A program made the position numbers and the translations under genes. A stretch of 64,000 bases of DNA from NCBI RefSeq assembly GCF_009914755.1, contig NC_060938.1; one strand, given 5' to 3'. Position 1 is the first letter of the stretch, and every line of letters begins with the position of its first letter. Origin of the DNA: the human T2T-CHM13v2.0 reference genome, Homo sapiens. Positions 52,557 to 64,000 of the stretch are shown here, one piece after another. Under the pieces are notes generated by a model. The model ran no database searches, had not been told where the DNA came from, and was given only the letters and a program-made list of their open reading frames with translations.

Positions 52557-52751
52557 AAGAAAGAAAGAAAGGAAGGAAGGAAGGAAGGAAGGAAGGAAGG
52601 AAGGAAGGAAGGAAAAGAAAGAAAGAAAGAAAGAGAAAGAAAGAAAGGAAAAGAAAGAATGAAAGAAGAAAGAAAGAGAAAGAAAGAAGAAGGAAGGAAG
52701 GAAGAAAGAAAGAAAAAGAAAGAAAGAAAGAAGAAAGAAAGAAAAAAGAAA

Positions 52752-52796
<45 letters not shown>

Positions 52797-52800
52797 GAAA
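52480..52800 (+). repeat. (GAAA)n/(GGAA)n compound microsatellite from the Alu tail
   Basis: ~320 bp almost pure purine tract. Confidence 0.95.
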
Positions 52801-55800
52801 ATTGACTCTCATATTTGGATCTTGTCCACAGGTAGGTGGGTGACTCTCAAACCAAAATTCATTACATCTGTGAGACTGTAACTCTCCTAAGGGGAGAAGT
52901 TCTTCTCAGCCAGAGAAGACTCATTTATGAATCCAGTTCACTGTTGAGATTGGGACTGTTGTACCTAGGCCAAACATACAAATTCTCATACCTGGAATCC
53001 GGACATGTGTGGAGTTGTTCATCTCATCCCTGTCGCTTTCTGCAGGTGGGATTGTGACATACATCTCTGCCCAGCTCCTGAGTGTTTTAGCTCTGTTTCC
53101 TGTGTCCAGCTCACAGATGGGATTCTGATATATCACTGAAGCCAGCACCTAGATGATGTGACTCTTATCTCCTGCCTTGGTGCTGCCCACAGGGGACATT
53201 GGGACATATCACTTGGCCTTGCACCTAGGTAATGTATGTTTTCTGTCTTGCATTAGTGCTACTCACAGGGGTGTTGTGATGTATTGCTGGGTCCCACATC
53301 CATGTTATGTGACTCTTCTGCCTGTGCCCAGTCCACAATGGCCATTTTGACATATTGTTGCATCCAAAACCTAGATGATCTACCTCTCCTTCCTGAGCTT
53401 TGCCTAAGGGGACATTGTGAAATATCTATGAGCCCATCACCCATGTGGTGTGATTTTCTTCTCCTGCCTAGTCCCTGCTTAAAGAAAGGATTGTGACATA
53501 TCACTGTGCCCAGCACCTAGCTCATGTTACTCTTCTTTTGTTTTTTAGGATTTGTTTGGAAGGAGATTGTGATACATTGGTGGGTCCAACTTCTCGGTGA
53601 CATTACTCTGTTGACTTTGCTCTGCAAGCAGAAAGCACTGTGACACATTATTGGGCCCAACACCAAGGTGAGTCTCCTGCCTGAAGCCTGCCTACAGCAA
53701 TTTGTAACATATGGCATTGGGACATATCTCTGAGCCCATCAACTATTTGACAAGATTCTCCTTTTTTAACAAAGGCTTTGCCCATAGGAGAGATTGTGAC
53801 ATAATTCTGAGCCCAGAAAATAGGGGATATTTCTTTTGTTTTCTGCTTGAGCCCCACATTGTGATGTATTTCTCCTCCCAACAACTGAGGGAAGGGAAAG
53901 TCCTGCCTGGGTCTTGCCTACAGGGAGCCTTGTGAAATCTTTCCGCGTTCATCACCTTAAATATGTGACCCTCATCTTCTGCCGTGGCCATGTTTACAGA
54001 AGGGAGAGTGGGTTATTCCTAGACCCAGCACACAGGTCATGTGATTCTGCAACCTGGTGTCTCCAGAGGGGTCATTTTGACATATCTCTAGACTCATCAA
54101 CTAGATAATGTAATGCTCCTCTTCCCCCTGAAACCTATCCATAGTGGAGATTGTGAAATACAGCCTGGCACAGCACCTACATGATGGTACTCTCTTCTCA
54201 TGCTTGGGTGCTGCCCACAGGGGTGACTGAAACTTATAGCTGGGTACAGTCTTCAGGTGATGTAACTCTCCTCTATTTTTGGGCCCACACACACAGGGCA
54301 CTACCATATAGCTCTGCTCCTCAGACCTAGGTGATGTGACTCTGCTGTCTGTTACCTCCTCTTAGGGGGAATTGTGATATATTGCTGGGCCCAGAACCGA
54401 GGTGATGTGGCCTTTTCTCTTGCCTGGGCCCTGCATACATGGTGTACAGTAACATATATCTGGGTTGAACACATAGGTGATGTGACTCTTCTGCATAGGT
54501 CTTGCCAACAGGGGTATTATGACATACTCTTCTATTCATTGCCTAGGCGATGTGACTCTCCACTCTTACCTGGGTCCTTCCAAAAGAGGGGATTGTGACA
54601 TATCACTGACCCTAACACCAAGGTAATGTGACTGTTCTCTTTTGCCTGGGTTTGCATATTTTGGGTATTGTGACATATCCCTGGGCCCAACACTTAGGGA
54701 ATAAGAGGTTTATTCCTCTACCTTACGTGCAGTGAAGCTTGTGACATATTTCTGCATTCATCACCAAGAAGATGTGACTCTTCTGCCTGCATCCTGACCA
54801 CAGAGAGGATTGTGAAATATTGCTAGATCCAGCATGCAGGTGATGTGTCTCTGCTGCCTGGTTCCTAATGTGAGGAGTGGATTCCAACATACCAATGCCT
54901 GAACATTCAGGTAATGTGACTGTTGCCTGGTCCCTGTCCTCAGGGAAGCGACATATCACTGGCCCAGCGTCCAACTGATTTTACTCTCCTGCTCTCTTCC
55001 TATATGCAGGTGTAATTGTGACATATATCTTGGAACACAACACACAGGTGCAATGATGACATTCATATGTCAAACCAGCCAATAGAAGAGATACTGCTTC
55101 TCCTAGCTACACTTAGGGAAATGAAAAAAAAACCCTGGGTCTCCTCGCTAAGATCATCCACTCTCTCATATATTACAGAAAGCCCTCGGGTGGTAGAGAG
55201 TCTTATCACAGGGCCCAGCACACAGGTGAAATTTGTTACTCCTATGCGCACCCTGCACCCTCCTGACCATTATGATTTTCACCCTCACATATAAACAGAA
55301 CCCACTGGTGAGGTCCTGAATTTCACACATGAATGCAGTTTATAGTTGGAATTGCGAATCTCATATGTAAAGATCTGACCAGAGTTGGAATGGGAACTTC
55401 GTTATAAACCCAGCGCATAGAAAGCTGATGATTCTCTTATCTGGACCCCGCCAATTGTAAAGATGTTGACTCATATATAGGCTTAGGGCCACAGGTTTGA
55501 TCATGGGTCCATACCAGCATGAAAATCTCTGAAAGAATTGAGACTGTCATACATACAACATAAAGTCATCAGGTGCAACACAGAAAGTCCTAATAGGGCT
55601 CAGCACACAGTAATATAATGACATTGGGATGCACACCCAGCCAACATTAAAGATTGTCGTTCTTTCACATGATCATAGTTCACTTTTGAGGCTCTGAATC
55701 CCATACCCAAAGGCAGATTGAAAAGTTGAAAAATTGACTCTCATATTTGAGAGTCACAGATGTGTTGATGACTCTCAGATCATGAGTCAGCACACCTAGG

Positions 55801-58800
55801 AAGCTGTGATTTCAATTAGGGGACAAAGTACGCAAGAGAAAATGGGGTTGCCATGCACAAATTTAGTCCACTATTGAGATAGTGACTTGTGTACTTAGAT
55901 CAAACATACAGAAGGTGTTCACTCTCATGCGTAAAACCAGAATATGTGCGGGATTCATCCCATATCTGGACTTTCCTGCAGGTGTCATTGTGACAAGCAT
56001 ACACATTTGTCCAGCACCTGAGTGATTAGACTCTTCTGTTTAAGCCCAGCTCACAAATAAATTTGGGACATATCATTGGACCTAGAACATAGGTGATGTG
56101 GCTCTATTCTCTTGCCTTCGTGCTGCCCACAGGGAGCATTGTAACGTATCACTGAACTTAACACCTAGGAGATTAGAGGCTCCTGCCTGAACTCTGTCCA
56201 CAGTGAGCCTTGTAGCATATTTCTGCTTCCAACACCAGATGATGTGACTCTCCTTTCTGCCTGCACCTTGCCCACAGGAAAGATTCTGACATATCACTGG
56301 GCCCAGTAATCAGTAATCAGGTGATGTTTCTCTCCTGCTATGGCCTTGCCCACAGGGAGTGTGGTGACATATCACTGAGCTCAATATTCAGGTGATTTGA
56401 CTCTGCTGCTTGTACTCTGATTTCAGGAGGGGATTGTAACATATCCCCTGTGAGCACACAAGTGATGGGACTCCCCTCCTAGCCTCTGACCTCAGAAAAC
56501 ATTGTTACATATCCCTGGCCCAGCCTTAGGTATGTGACTCTCCTACCTGTTCCCTGCCATCAGGGAAGATATTGACAGATCTCAGGCCAAGCATCCTGGT
56601 GACGTGACTCTCCTGTTCACTCCGTACCCACAGGAGAGATTGAAACATATATCTTGGCCAGCTCACAGGTGTAATAATGACTCTCATACCTCAAACCTGC
56701 CACTAAGAGAAATGCTGTTTTTCATAGGGAGGCTTTGGAAAATCGGTAGGTCCTAAATCTTCTCTTTGTATGAGGGTCTTAGAGGAATACCACTCTCTCT
56801 TATATTATATAAAGCCCTTAAATGGTACAAAGAGTGTTATCACAGGGATATGTTGCATAACCTAGGGGAGGGGCCCAGTTATATGTCACAATTAGCCCAG
56901 GGGGCAGGGCACAGGCATGAGAAGAATCTCACCACATATGTGCTGGCCTAAGTGATACATCATCATCCCCACTGTGGACAGGTCGCAGTAAGAACAGGAG
57001 AGTCACATCATTCTTATAATGGTCTCAGAGATACATCACAATGACTCCCCTGGGCAGAAACAAGGGATAAGAGTCACATCACCTGTGGGCTAGGCCCAGA
57101 GATGTCACTCTTACTTCTGTGGGCATGTCTCAGGCTGGAGAGGAGAATCACATTACCTAAGCACTGGATCAAGAAATACTTCACAATCTTTCTCATGGCG
57201 AAAGCCCAGGTAAGAGAATAGAGCCATATCAAATAGTTCATGGGCTCAGAGATATGTCACAATGCTCCCTGTGGGCAGGTTTCAGGTAGGACAATCACAT
57301 TACCTTGGTGCTTGTTCAGCAATATATCCCAAAGCCTTCTGAGGGCAGAGCCAAGACAAAAGAGTAAAATCATTTTGGTGTTTTACAAATCGATATGTCA
57401 CAATCTCCCCCGAGGGCAGAACCTGAAAAAAGGGAAGAGTCACATTAGCTAAATGCTGCGCCGGGTGATAAGTCACAATTCACCCTGTAGGCAGAGACTA
57501 GACAGAAGATAGAGTCACATCATCTAGTGGCTGGTGCAGAGATATGCCACCATGCCCTCTCTAGGCAGAGTTCAGACAGGAGAGTTATGTCACCTGTGTT
57601 TTGGACCCAGAAATATGTCACAAAAGCCCATGGACAGAGCACAGGAAAGACAGTCACATAACCTGAATATCAGCTTCAGTGGTATGACCTAATGCCTCCT
57701 GTGAGCGTTCCAAGGCAGGAGAGGAGACTCACATTACCTGTGTGCAAGGCCCAGTGATACGTCACACGGAGGAGTACCACTGTCTTGCATATTGTGTAAA
57801 CTATGGTAGAGAAATTGTCACCACAGGGCTCGCCACACTGGTGAGATTATACTTCTCAGATGCACACCACACCAATATTCAGGATGGTCTCTATCACACG
57901 TGGAGAGAGCCCACTCTTGAGGTCCTGAATTACACATGCAGACACAGTCCACAACTGGGATTGTGACTTTCATATGTGAACATCCAGCCACAGGTGGGAT
58001 GGTGACTCATTTTTAAACGCAGCTCATAGGCAGTTAAGAACTCTTATTTGGACCCATCCAAGTAGAAAGATGTTGACTGTCATACCAGGGCTTAAAGCTA
58101 AAGGTACAAGGAGGGGTCCGTGCCTGCTTAAGGTTTCAGAGAGAATTGTTACACTCATGCATACTCTATAAAGGCTGCATATGGTGAAGAGAGTGTCCTG
58201 ACAGGGCCCAGAACAAAAGTAGATTGTGACACTCATATCTACACTGAGCCAAGAGTAAAAATTGTCATCTTTTCACATGAACACAGCCCATTGTTGAGGT
58301 TCCAAATCTCACACCTGGAGGCGGTTGAGAGATGAATAATTGACTCTCATAAGTGGATGCGATCCATGTTTGAGTCAGTGACTCTAAAACCAACATTCAG
58401 CAAACACGTGAGGCTGTGACTCCATTAAGGGGCCACGGTCCTCGGGAAAGACTGAAGCTGCCATGCACAGATCCAGTGCACCATTGAGACTGTGACTTCT
58501 ACACTTAGACCCAACAAACACAATGTGTTTGCTCTCACACCTAGATATGGGACATGTGCAGGATTGTCAGTCTCAGCCCTGGACTTTCCTGGAGGTATAA
58601 CTGTGAAATATATCTCGGCCCAGCTCGTGAGTGACTTGACTCTTCTGCGTAGCCCAGCCCATGATAAAATTGTGACATTATTGAACCCAGCACCTATGAC
58701 CCCCCTCTTCTGCCTGGGTCCTGTCAAAAAGAGAGATTGTAACAAATCACTGGGACAAGCACCCACATGATGTGACTCTCCTCTTTTCCCTGGGCCCTGC

Positions 58801-59899
58801 ATATTTTGTATATTGTGACATACTGCTGGGCATAATACCTAGGGAATTGATGGCTACTGCCTGAGCCCTGTTCACAGGGGGCCTTGGGACATCTCTCTGC
58901 ATTCACCACCTAAAAAAAGTGTGTGCACCCTGCCTACAAAGAAGATTGTAGCAGATCACTTGTCTTAGCAACCAAGTGATGCGAGTCTCCTGTCCTGCCT
59001 TGGTGCTGCTCACAGGGGACATTATAACATATACTTGGTGCTGGCCCCATGTTTTGTAATTTTTCTGCCAGGGGTCTACCATATAAGCTATATTGCTGGG
59101 TCCAACACCCAGGTTATGCAGCTCTCCTTTCCGTGCTCTGCCTACAGGGGACATTGTGACTTATCTCTGCACCCATCACTCAGGTGATGTGACTTGCTTC
59201 TGCTGACTGATTCCTGTTCAAGTGGACATTGTGACATATCAATGGGGGCACCATCTAGCTGATGTAACTATTCTCTTCTGCCTAGGTTCTTCCTGCAGTG
59301 GAAATTGTGATGTATCACTGGGCTTAACATCAAAGTGACATTAATTTTTTGCCTTGGTTCTTCCCTCAGAAGACATTGTAATATATTGCTGGGCTCAGCA
59401 CCAAAACGATGTGGATTTCCTGTCTGGACCCTGCATACAGGAGTCCCTGTGACATATCTCTTGACTCATCAACTATTTGATGTGACTCTCCTCTGTTCCC
59501 TGAGCTTTGCCTATAGGAAAGCATCAGCCTGGGCTCCAGAGTCAGCCACCCACCCCTGCACAGACAAGGAGAGGTCTCATTAAGCTTCAGCACAGTCTGG
59601 GACCATAGCTTTTTTTGTAACGATTTGTTCGGCATGAGGCCCACTCACAAGGGCCCTTCGTGACTGGACTCAAGGAAAACGAAAAGGCCTACTTGTTTTT
59701 GCGATTTTCTGTTGTTTTTCAATAACTATTTCTCAGAAACAGTGCTGGATGAATTCCACAAGGGGTTCACACAACCTGTTCCAGGGCTTAGTGACCATTG
59801 TTTCTGTCCATGTTCATTGAGTTCAAATTTAATATTTAACTTTTCCTCCTCATTCAGCCTCAATTTGACACTGAATCATAGGAAAATATTTTTACAGTT

Positions 59900-60860
59900 A
59901 TACGGGGAAGGCACAACTGGTATAGATTACAGATAGAGCAGAGGAGAATTAAAAGCACAATTAATAGAAACCACACCCACCATGGCCAACGCCAATGCTA
60001 GTTTGACAGCCAGTCCATGATGGGGTCCTGATGGTTAGATTCTAACTGTTTTACTTGTCCTTGCATGTCTTCGGCAAGGAGAGTAATACTGCGAGAACTG
60101 TCAGGGATACACACAACATTCAGAATGCAGCAAGACTCAAACCCCTCCTTGGGCTGCGGTAAACATACCTAATGCCATTCGATTTTGCAACACAACAGTA
60201 CACAGCTGAACAAGTTCTTCTGATAACAACAGAAGTCCAGTGCTACTATCTTAGGAGCTTTTACTATATGTAGACTTAATATTTTAATTTGTTGCTGAAG
60301 CAGGATTGTACGAGGGGCAAGGGAGAATACTGTGATAGTTTTCCACCACCAGGGAGTCTGGCACGTTCATAACCAGCTACCTTTGTAAGCATCTAGATTA
60401 TTGGGGAAGGGAATATTATCCCGGATGGTGAATGGAATTAATGGCACCCCCAAGTGAATCTCCCCATCCAATAAGGGGGCAGATAGGCCACCCATAGGGT
60501 CTGCATACCCAGAGGGCCCCCCAGGGGACAGCAATGGTTATACTACAATTATAGTGTATTAAGACGTTATTAAAGTAGCAAAGGAAGTCCAGGTTGGATT
60601 GCAAGTGTTGTTGTTTTGGCCCCATTTGTAGTGACAGAGCCATTCAGAAATATTGGCAAGGACAACTCTGCAAGGCAGTCCATTTCCTGTGGTCTCTGGC
60701 AATTTGATGCATAGCCAGCATTGACTGCGGTTGGCTTCTGTTGCAGTGGTTGCTGCCCAGTTGATGAATTCACTCTCCACCTCAGACATGATGACCCAGG
60801 TACTGATTACTAGTAGACAGGTTATTCTCTGTAACAACAAAACTGAAGGGGAACATGATA
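59900..60860 (-). pseudogene. env: ERV env remnant (SU start and TM)
   Basis: SEFINWAATTATEANRSQCWLC (CXXC) and VVLQNRMALGMFTAAQGGV*VLLHSECCVY (ISD, CX6CC with first C mutated to stop). Confidence 0.85.
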
Positions 60861-61059
60861 TTGTTTTTCATTTTTAGGAAATTGTACTACCCTTTTATTT
60901 TCTGCTCCCATAGCTACAAGGTCACCAGACTTAGGGGCCGGATCTGATGGAGGCTGTATCCATATTTTCGCTCCAGGATTTAAGCTACCTATACCAGTGG
61001 ATCTTAATTTCCCAGTTCTGTACGTAGCCTCTGTTGGGGCAGAGATTTCCTCAGGGGTT

Positions 61060-61260
61060 AATTGTTAACAAGGTACCAGGTACCACTGACAATTGAGCAA
61101 CCTGAATCTGCAGTCTTGTAACAAAAGAATGTGGAGTGGTATTGTGTAAAGTGAACTTTAACTCTTCCTGGTAATCATTATCAATTATACCACCATACAT
61201 TATAATGTGTCTCATCGCCAGGCTTGAACGTGTTGTAATCCATTCACCCACATTCAAGTT
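61060..61260 (-). pseudogene. Retroviral dUTPase remnant
   Basis: WITTRSSLA (motif II-like) and GGIIDNDYQEELK (motif III-like). Confidence 0.75.
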
Positions 61261-61599
61261 TGCATTTATGCTGGAAATTTTGGCCTGTTGATCTACCTGC
61301 TGTTTAGTCTGTCAAGAGAATGCAGAGATGCATGAGAATCAATATGAAAAACAGCAATAATAGTAATGTGCATCAGGATTCAGGTATCTTCCTAGTATTG
61401 TTTTCTCCAAACCTCTTTATTCATTATTCACCATTTGTTTCATTGCCATTCGGGCAACTAGGTAGTAAGACCATTTTCTGCTGACCAACAGTCGGTATAC
61501 AAGCAACAAATTGCTCTGGCCTCCTCCTGAATAGTTCGGAGGATGGCTTCTAGTTCAGCCAGCTGGCTGCTCACACCCCTCCCTTCATCAGAAACGCTT

Positions 61600-62520
61600 A
61601 TGTTTTTAACAGGATTATAAGCCACGGCCTCCCAGCATCAGGTCCCATCAATGTATTTGGTGGAACCATCAGTAACCAAGCGTGTTTCTGATCCTCTGGG
61701 CTTAGTTCTTTAAAGGATTTGCCCCATTGGGCAGGGGAGGTTTCCTTCCCTATATGCAGGACTTGCCCTGTGGTTTCCTGAGTTGGCAAGTTTTGCACAT
61801 CTTCATGTAAAAATGATACCGCTTTTAGTTCTGGCTTATCCTGGTCTTGTATGTACCATTTCCATTTTATGATACTACATTCTTGAGTGTACCCTATCCA
61901 ATGGGTTTTGAGGGAGCTCATGACCCAAGTCATAATAGGAATTTGGGGCCTCATAAAAACATCATGATTAAAACAAAGGTGTTCTGCTTCCTTCAAGCGC
62001 AGTAGCAGGCCAACAGCTGCTTCTCAAAGAGTATAAGCTTTGCCAGCCTCTGGCAGCTTCTGGGTCTAAAACTCCAAAGGTATCTTCTTCCCATCTTGTT
62101 TCTACCTAAGGCTCCAATTAGCATGTTGATGTAGGACAGTTACTTGCAGTTCTGTTGACTCATCCTATAAGGGCCATAGATCCAGGGCCAGTTGCTCCGC
62201 TTGTTTTGCTTCTTGAAAAGCCACGCTGTCTTTCTCTCTCCAGTGATATTCATAGTGTTTTCTAGTGACTGCATGCAGAGGTTGTAATATGTTACCCAAC
62301 TGGGGAATATGATGTCTCCAGAATCCAAACAAGCCAATACAATTTTGGACCTCCTTTTCAGTGGTAGGGCTGCAAATTCTAGTATTTTAGCGTTAGCCTT
62401 TGGTAAAATGGACTGTTTCCCTGCAGTCCATAGGATGCCAAAGAACTTTACACTTTGTGCAGGCCATTGAATTTTATTAGAGTTAACTTCCCATCCTTGA
62501 GATAGGATTTGGGTTTTTAC
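61600..62520 (-). pseudogene. pol: Class III pol remnant (RT end, tether, RNase H start)
   Basis: PIMTWV and SIIKWKWYIQD, typical of ERVL-class pol. Confidence 0.8.
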
Positions 62521-63484
62521 CCTCTTCTGCCCTGAAAACTGACTAGTTATTCAGTTTTACCCTGACTGGGCAACTCGGACAGCTGCTTTTTCAGCAATAG
62601 GCTGATAGCTTTGAGCCTGATCAGTGAAGACAGGCCTGGCATAGTACCAGGACCAGTCTGGAAGTCAGATTAAAATTTTCCTTTTCCAGCTTACATTTCT
62701 CTTGTAACAACCAGTCCCTATATTGACACTTTAACTTATAAGCAGTAAGCAAGCATCATCAATGCTGGGAAATTCCCTCAGCATTACAATTACCAACTGG
62801 GACTCCCTGCTGCACCTCACACACAGCCAGTGATTCAAACAAACTTTATCCCACTTAAATGGCAATGCAGATATAATAAGCAAATATATAAGCAAGTTGC
62901 AATGCAACGGGGAGAAGGGAAAAGATATATATATATATATATATTTAAACTCACCAAACTATGGAGGATTCACCACGAGACTGTGAAGCAACAGCCTGGG
63001 CTCCAGATTGGCCACTCATCCGTCCACAGACAACGTGAGATCTCATGAAGCTTTGGCGCAGTCTGGAACCCCAGCTCTTTTTATAATGAGTTATTTGGCA
63101 TGAAGTCCGGTCAGGAAGGCTCTTCACAACGGGGCTCAAGGAACACAAAAAGGTCAACTTGTTTTTTTGATTGTCTATTGTTTTTCAATAACTAAGATAT
63201 AGGAATAAATTGAAATAGAGATTTATCTGAAACAGCGCTGGATGAAGGCTTCAAGGGGCTCACACAACCTGTTCCGGGACTTGGTGACCATTGTTTGAGT
63301 CCATGTTCAATTGAGTTCAAATTTAATATTTACCTTTTACTCCACAAAGTGTCAAAAGTAATTCCTTCAAATGCAGGAAATTATGTAGCTACTCACAAAC
63401 TAAACTTCTCAAACAAAAGTCATAAATAGAGTACAGAGATAAAAAATAAAATAAAATCTAACTACATCTGTCTACAGGGGATTC

Positions 63485-63620
63485 AATTTATTTATTTATT
63501 TATTTATTTTAGAGACATGGTATTGCTTTGTTTCCCAGGCTGGTCTCAAACTTCTGGGCTCAAGTTAACCTCCCACCTCAATCTCCTAAAATGCTTGGAT
63601 GACAGATATGAGCCATCTTA
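63485..63620 (-). mobile_element. FLAM/AluJ monomer
   Basis: (ttta)n then tagagacatgg...ggctggtctcaaacttctgggctcaag. Confidence 0.85.
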
Positions 63621-64000
63621 CTATATAGTAACAAAAACAGACTAAAAGTGGCAAGATGCATCAAAACAATTTTATGCAAATCGTAATGAAATGAAGACAA
63701 TGTCATGAGCACATTATGCAAAATACTTTTTAAATAACTGTCTTAGTTTATAAAATAAACTATAAGTTAAAACTGTCAAAGAAAACAAAGGACAAAATAA
63801 TAAAAAAGTTTATTCACTGGAAACCTAGGAAAATTATATACATTTATATAATACACGTTTATATAATTGTGTGTATTTATCTAATTATGTATACAGACAC
63901 ACATATATATGAACCTCACATGAAGATTTTAAAATAAATCAATAATATTTTGTCAGAACATAAACAAAAAACTGCAATATACTGAGAACAATATTTTAAT

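Larger units (their letters stand above)
47085..59520. repeat. Diverged beta-satellite (BSR/Beta)-like complex array: ~70-75-bp monomers in blocks separated by repeated spacers
   Basis: Recurrent attgtgacatat..ctgggcccagcacc.aggtgatgtgactctcct(g)cctg and its reverse complement; anchor spacing about 72 bp in 53050-53650. Confidence 0.85.
59521..63346 (-). mobile_element. Deleted class III ERV (LTR66/HERVL66-like, HERV-S/HERVL18-related); 5' LTR ~62763-63346, partial 3' LTR 59521-59852
   Basis: Both LTRs start tg.ggag.aaaag.taaatattaaatttgaactcaat on the minus strand; pol, dUTPase and env remnants between. Confidence 0.85.

Noticed and set aside
52411-52812. Hydrophobic or charged low-complexity ORFs
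   Set aside because: Translation of the GAAA/GGAA tract and Alu
47267-59583. Numerous 60-125 aa ORFs
   Set aside because: Chance frames in diverged beta-satellite

Overview
Human genomic DNA (an AluYb8 at 18882-19200 is a human-specific subfamily). It has no intact protein-coding gene and no prokaryotic features. 1-14.3 kb is L1/Alu/LTR-rich intron-like sequence containing a decayed KRAB-ZNF spacer exon (10857-11113). 14.3-34.7 kb is semi-unique sequence with candidate splice-site-bounded exons on both strands. 35-39.4 kb is an old L1 carrying a Y3 RNA retrocopy. Next come a HERV-H LTR7, a ~2.9-kb array of ~139-bp ACRO1-type monomers, a GC-box/CCAAT promoter-like segment, a deleted MER83/MER84-type ERV1 provirus, ~12.4 kb of diverged beta-satellite with a higher-order spacer structure and inversions, and a deleted class III ERV with pol, dUTPase and env remnants. 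The most interesting element is the 139-bp array: each monomer carries two oppositely oriented ZNF143/Staf-type motifs and a GC box, so it looks like an amplified promoter cassette. The combination suggests an acrocentric short-arm or pericentromeric duplicon derived from a KRAB-ZNF/beta-satellite cluster (inference). Repeat subfamily names were assigned by eye and need RepeatMasker/Dfam confirmation.
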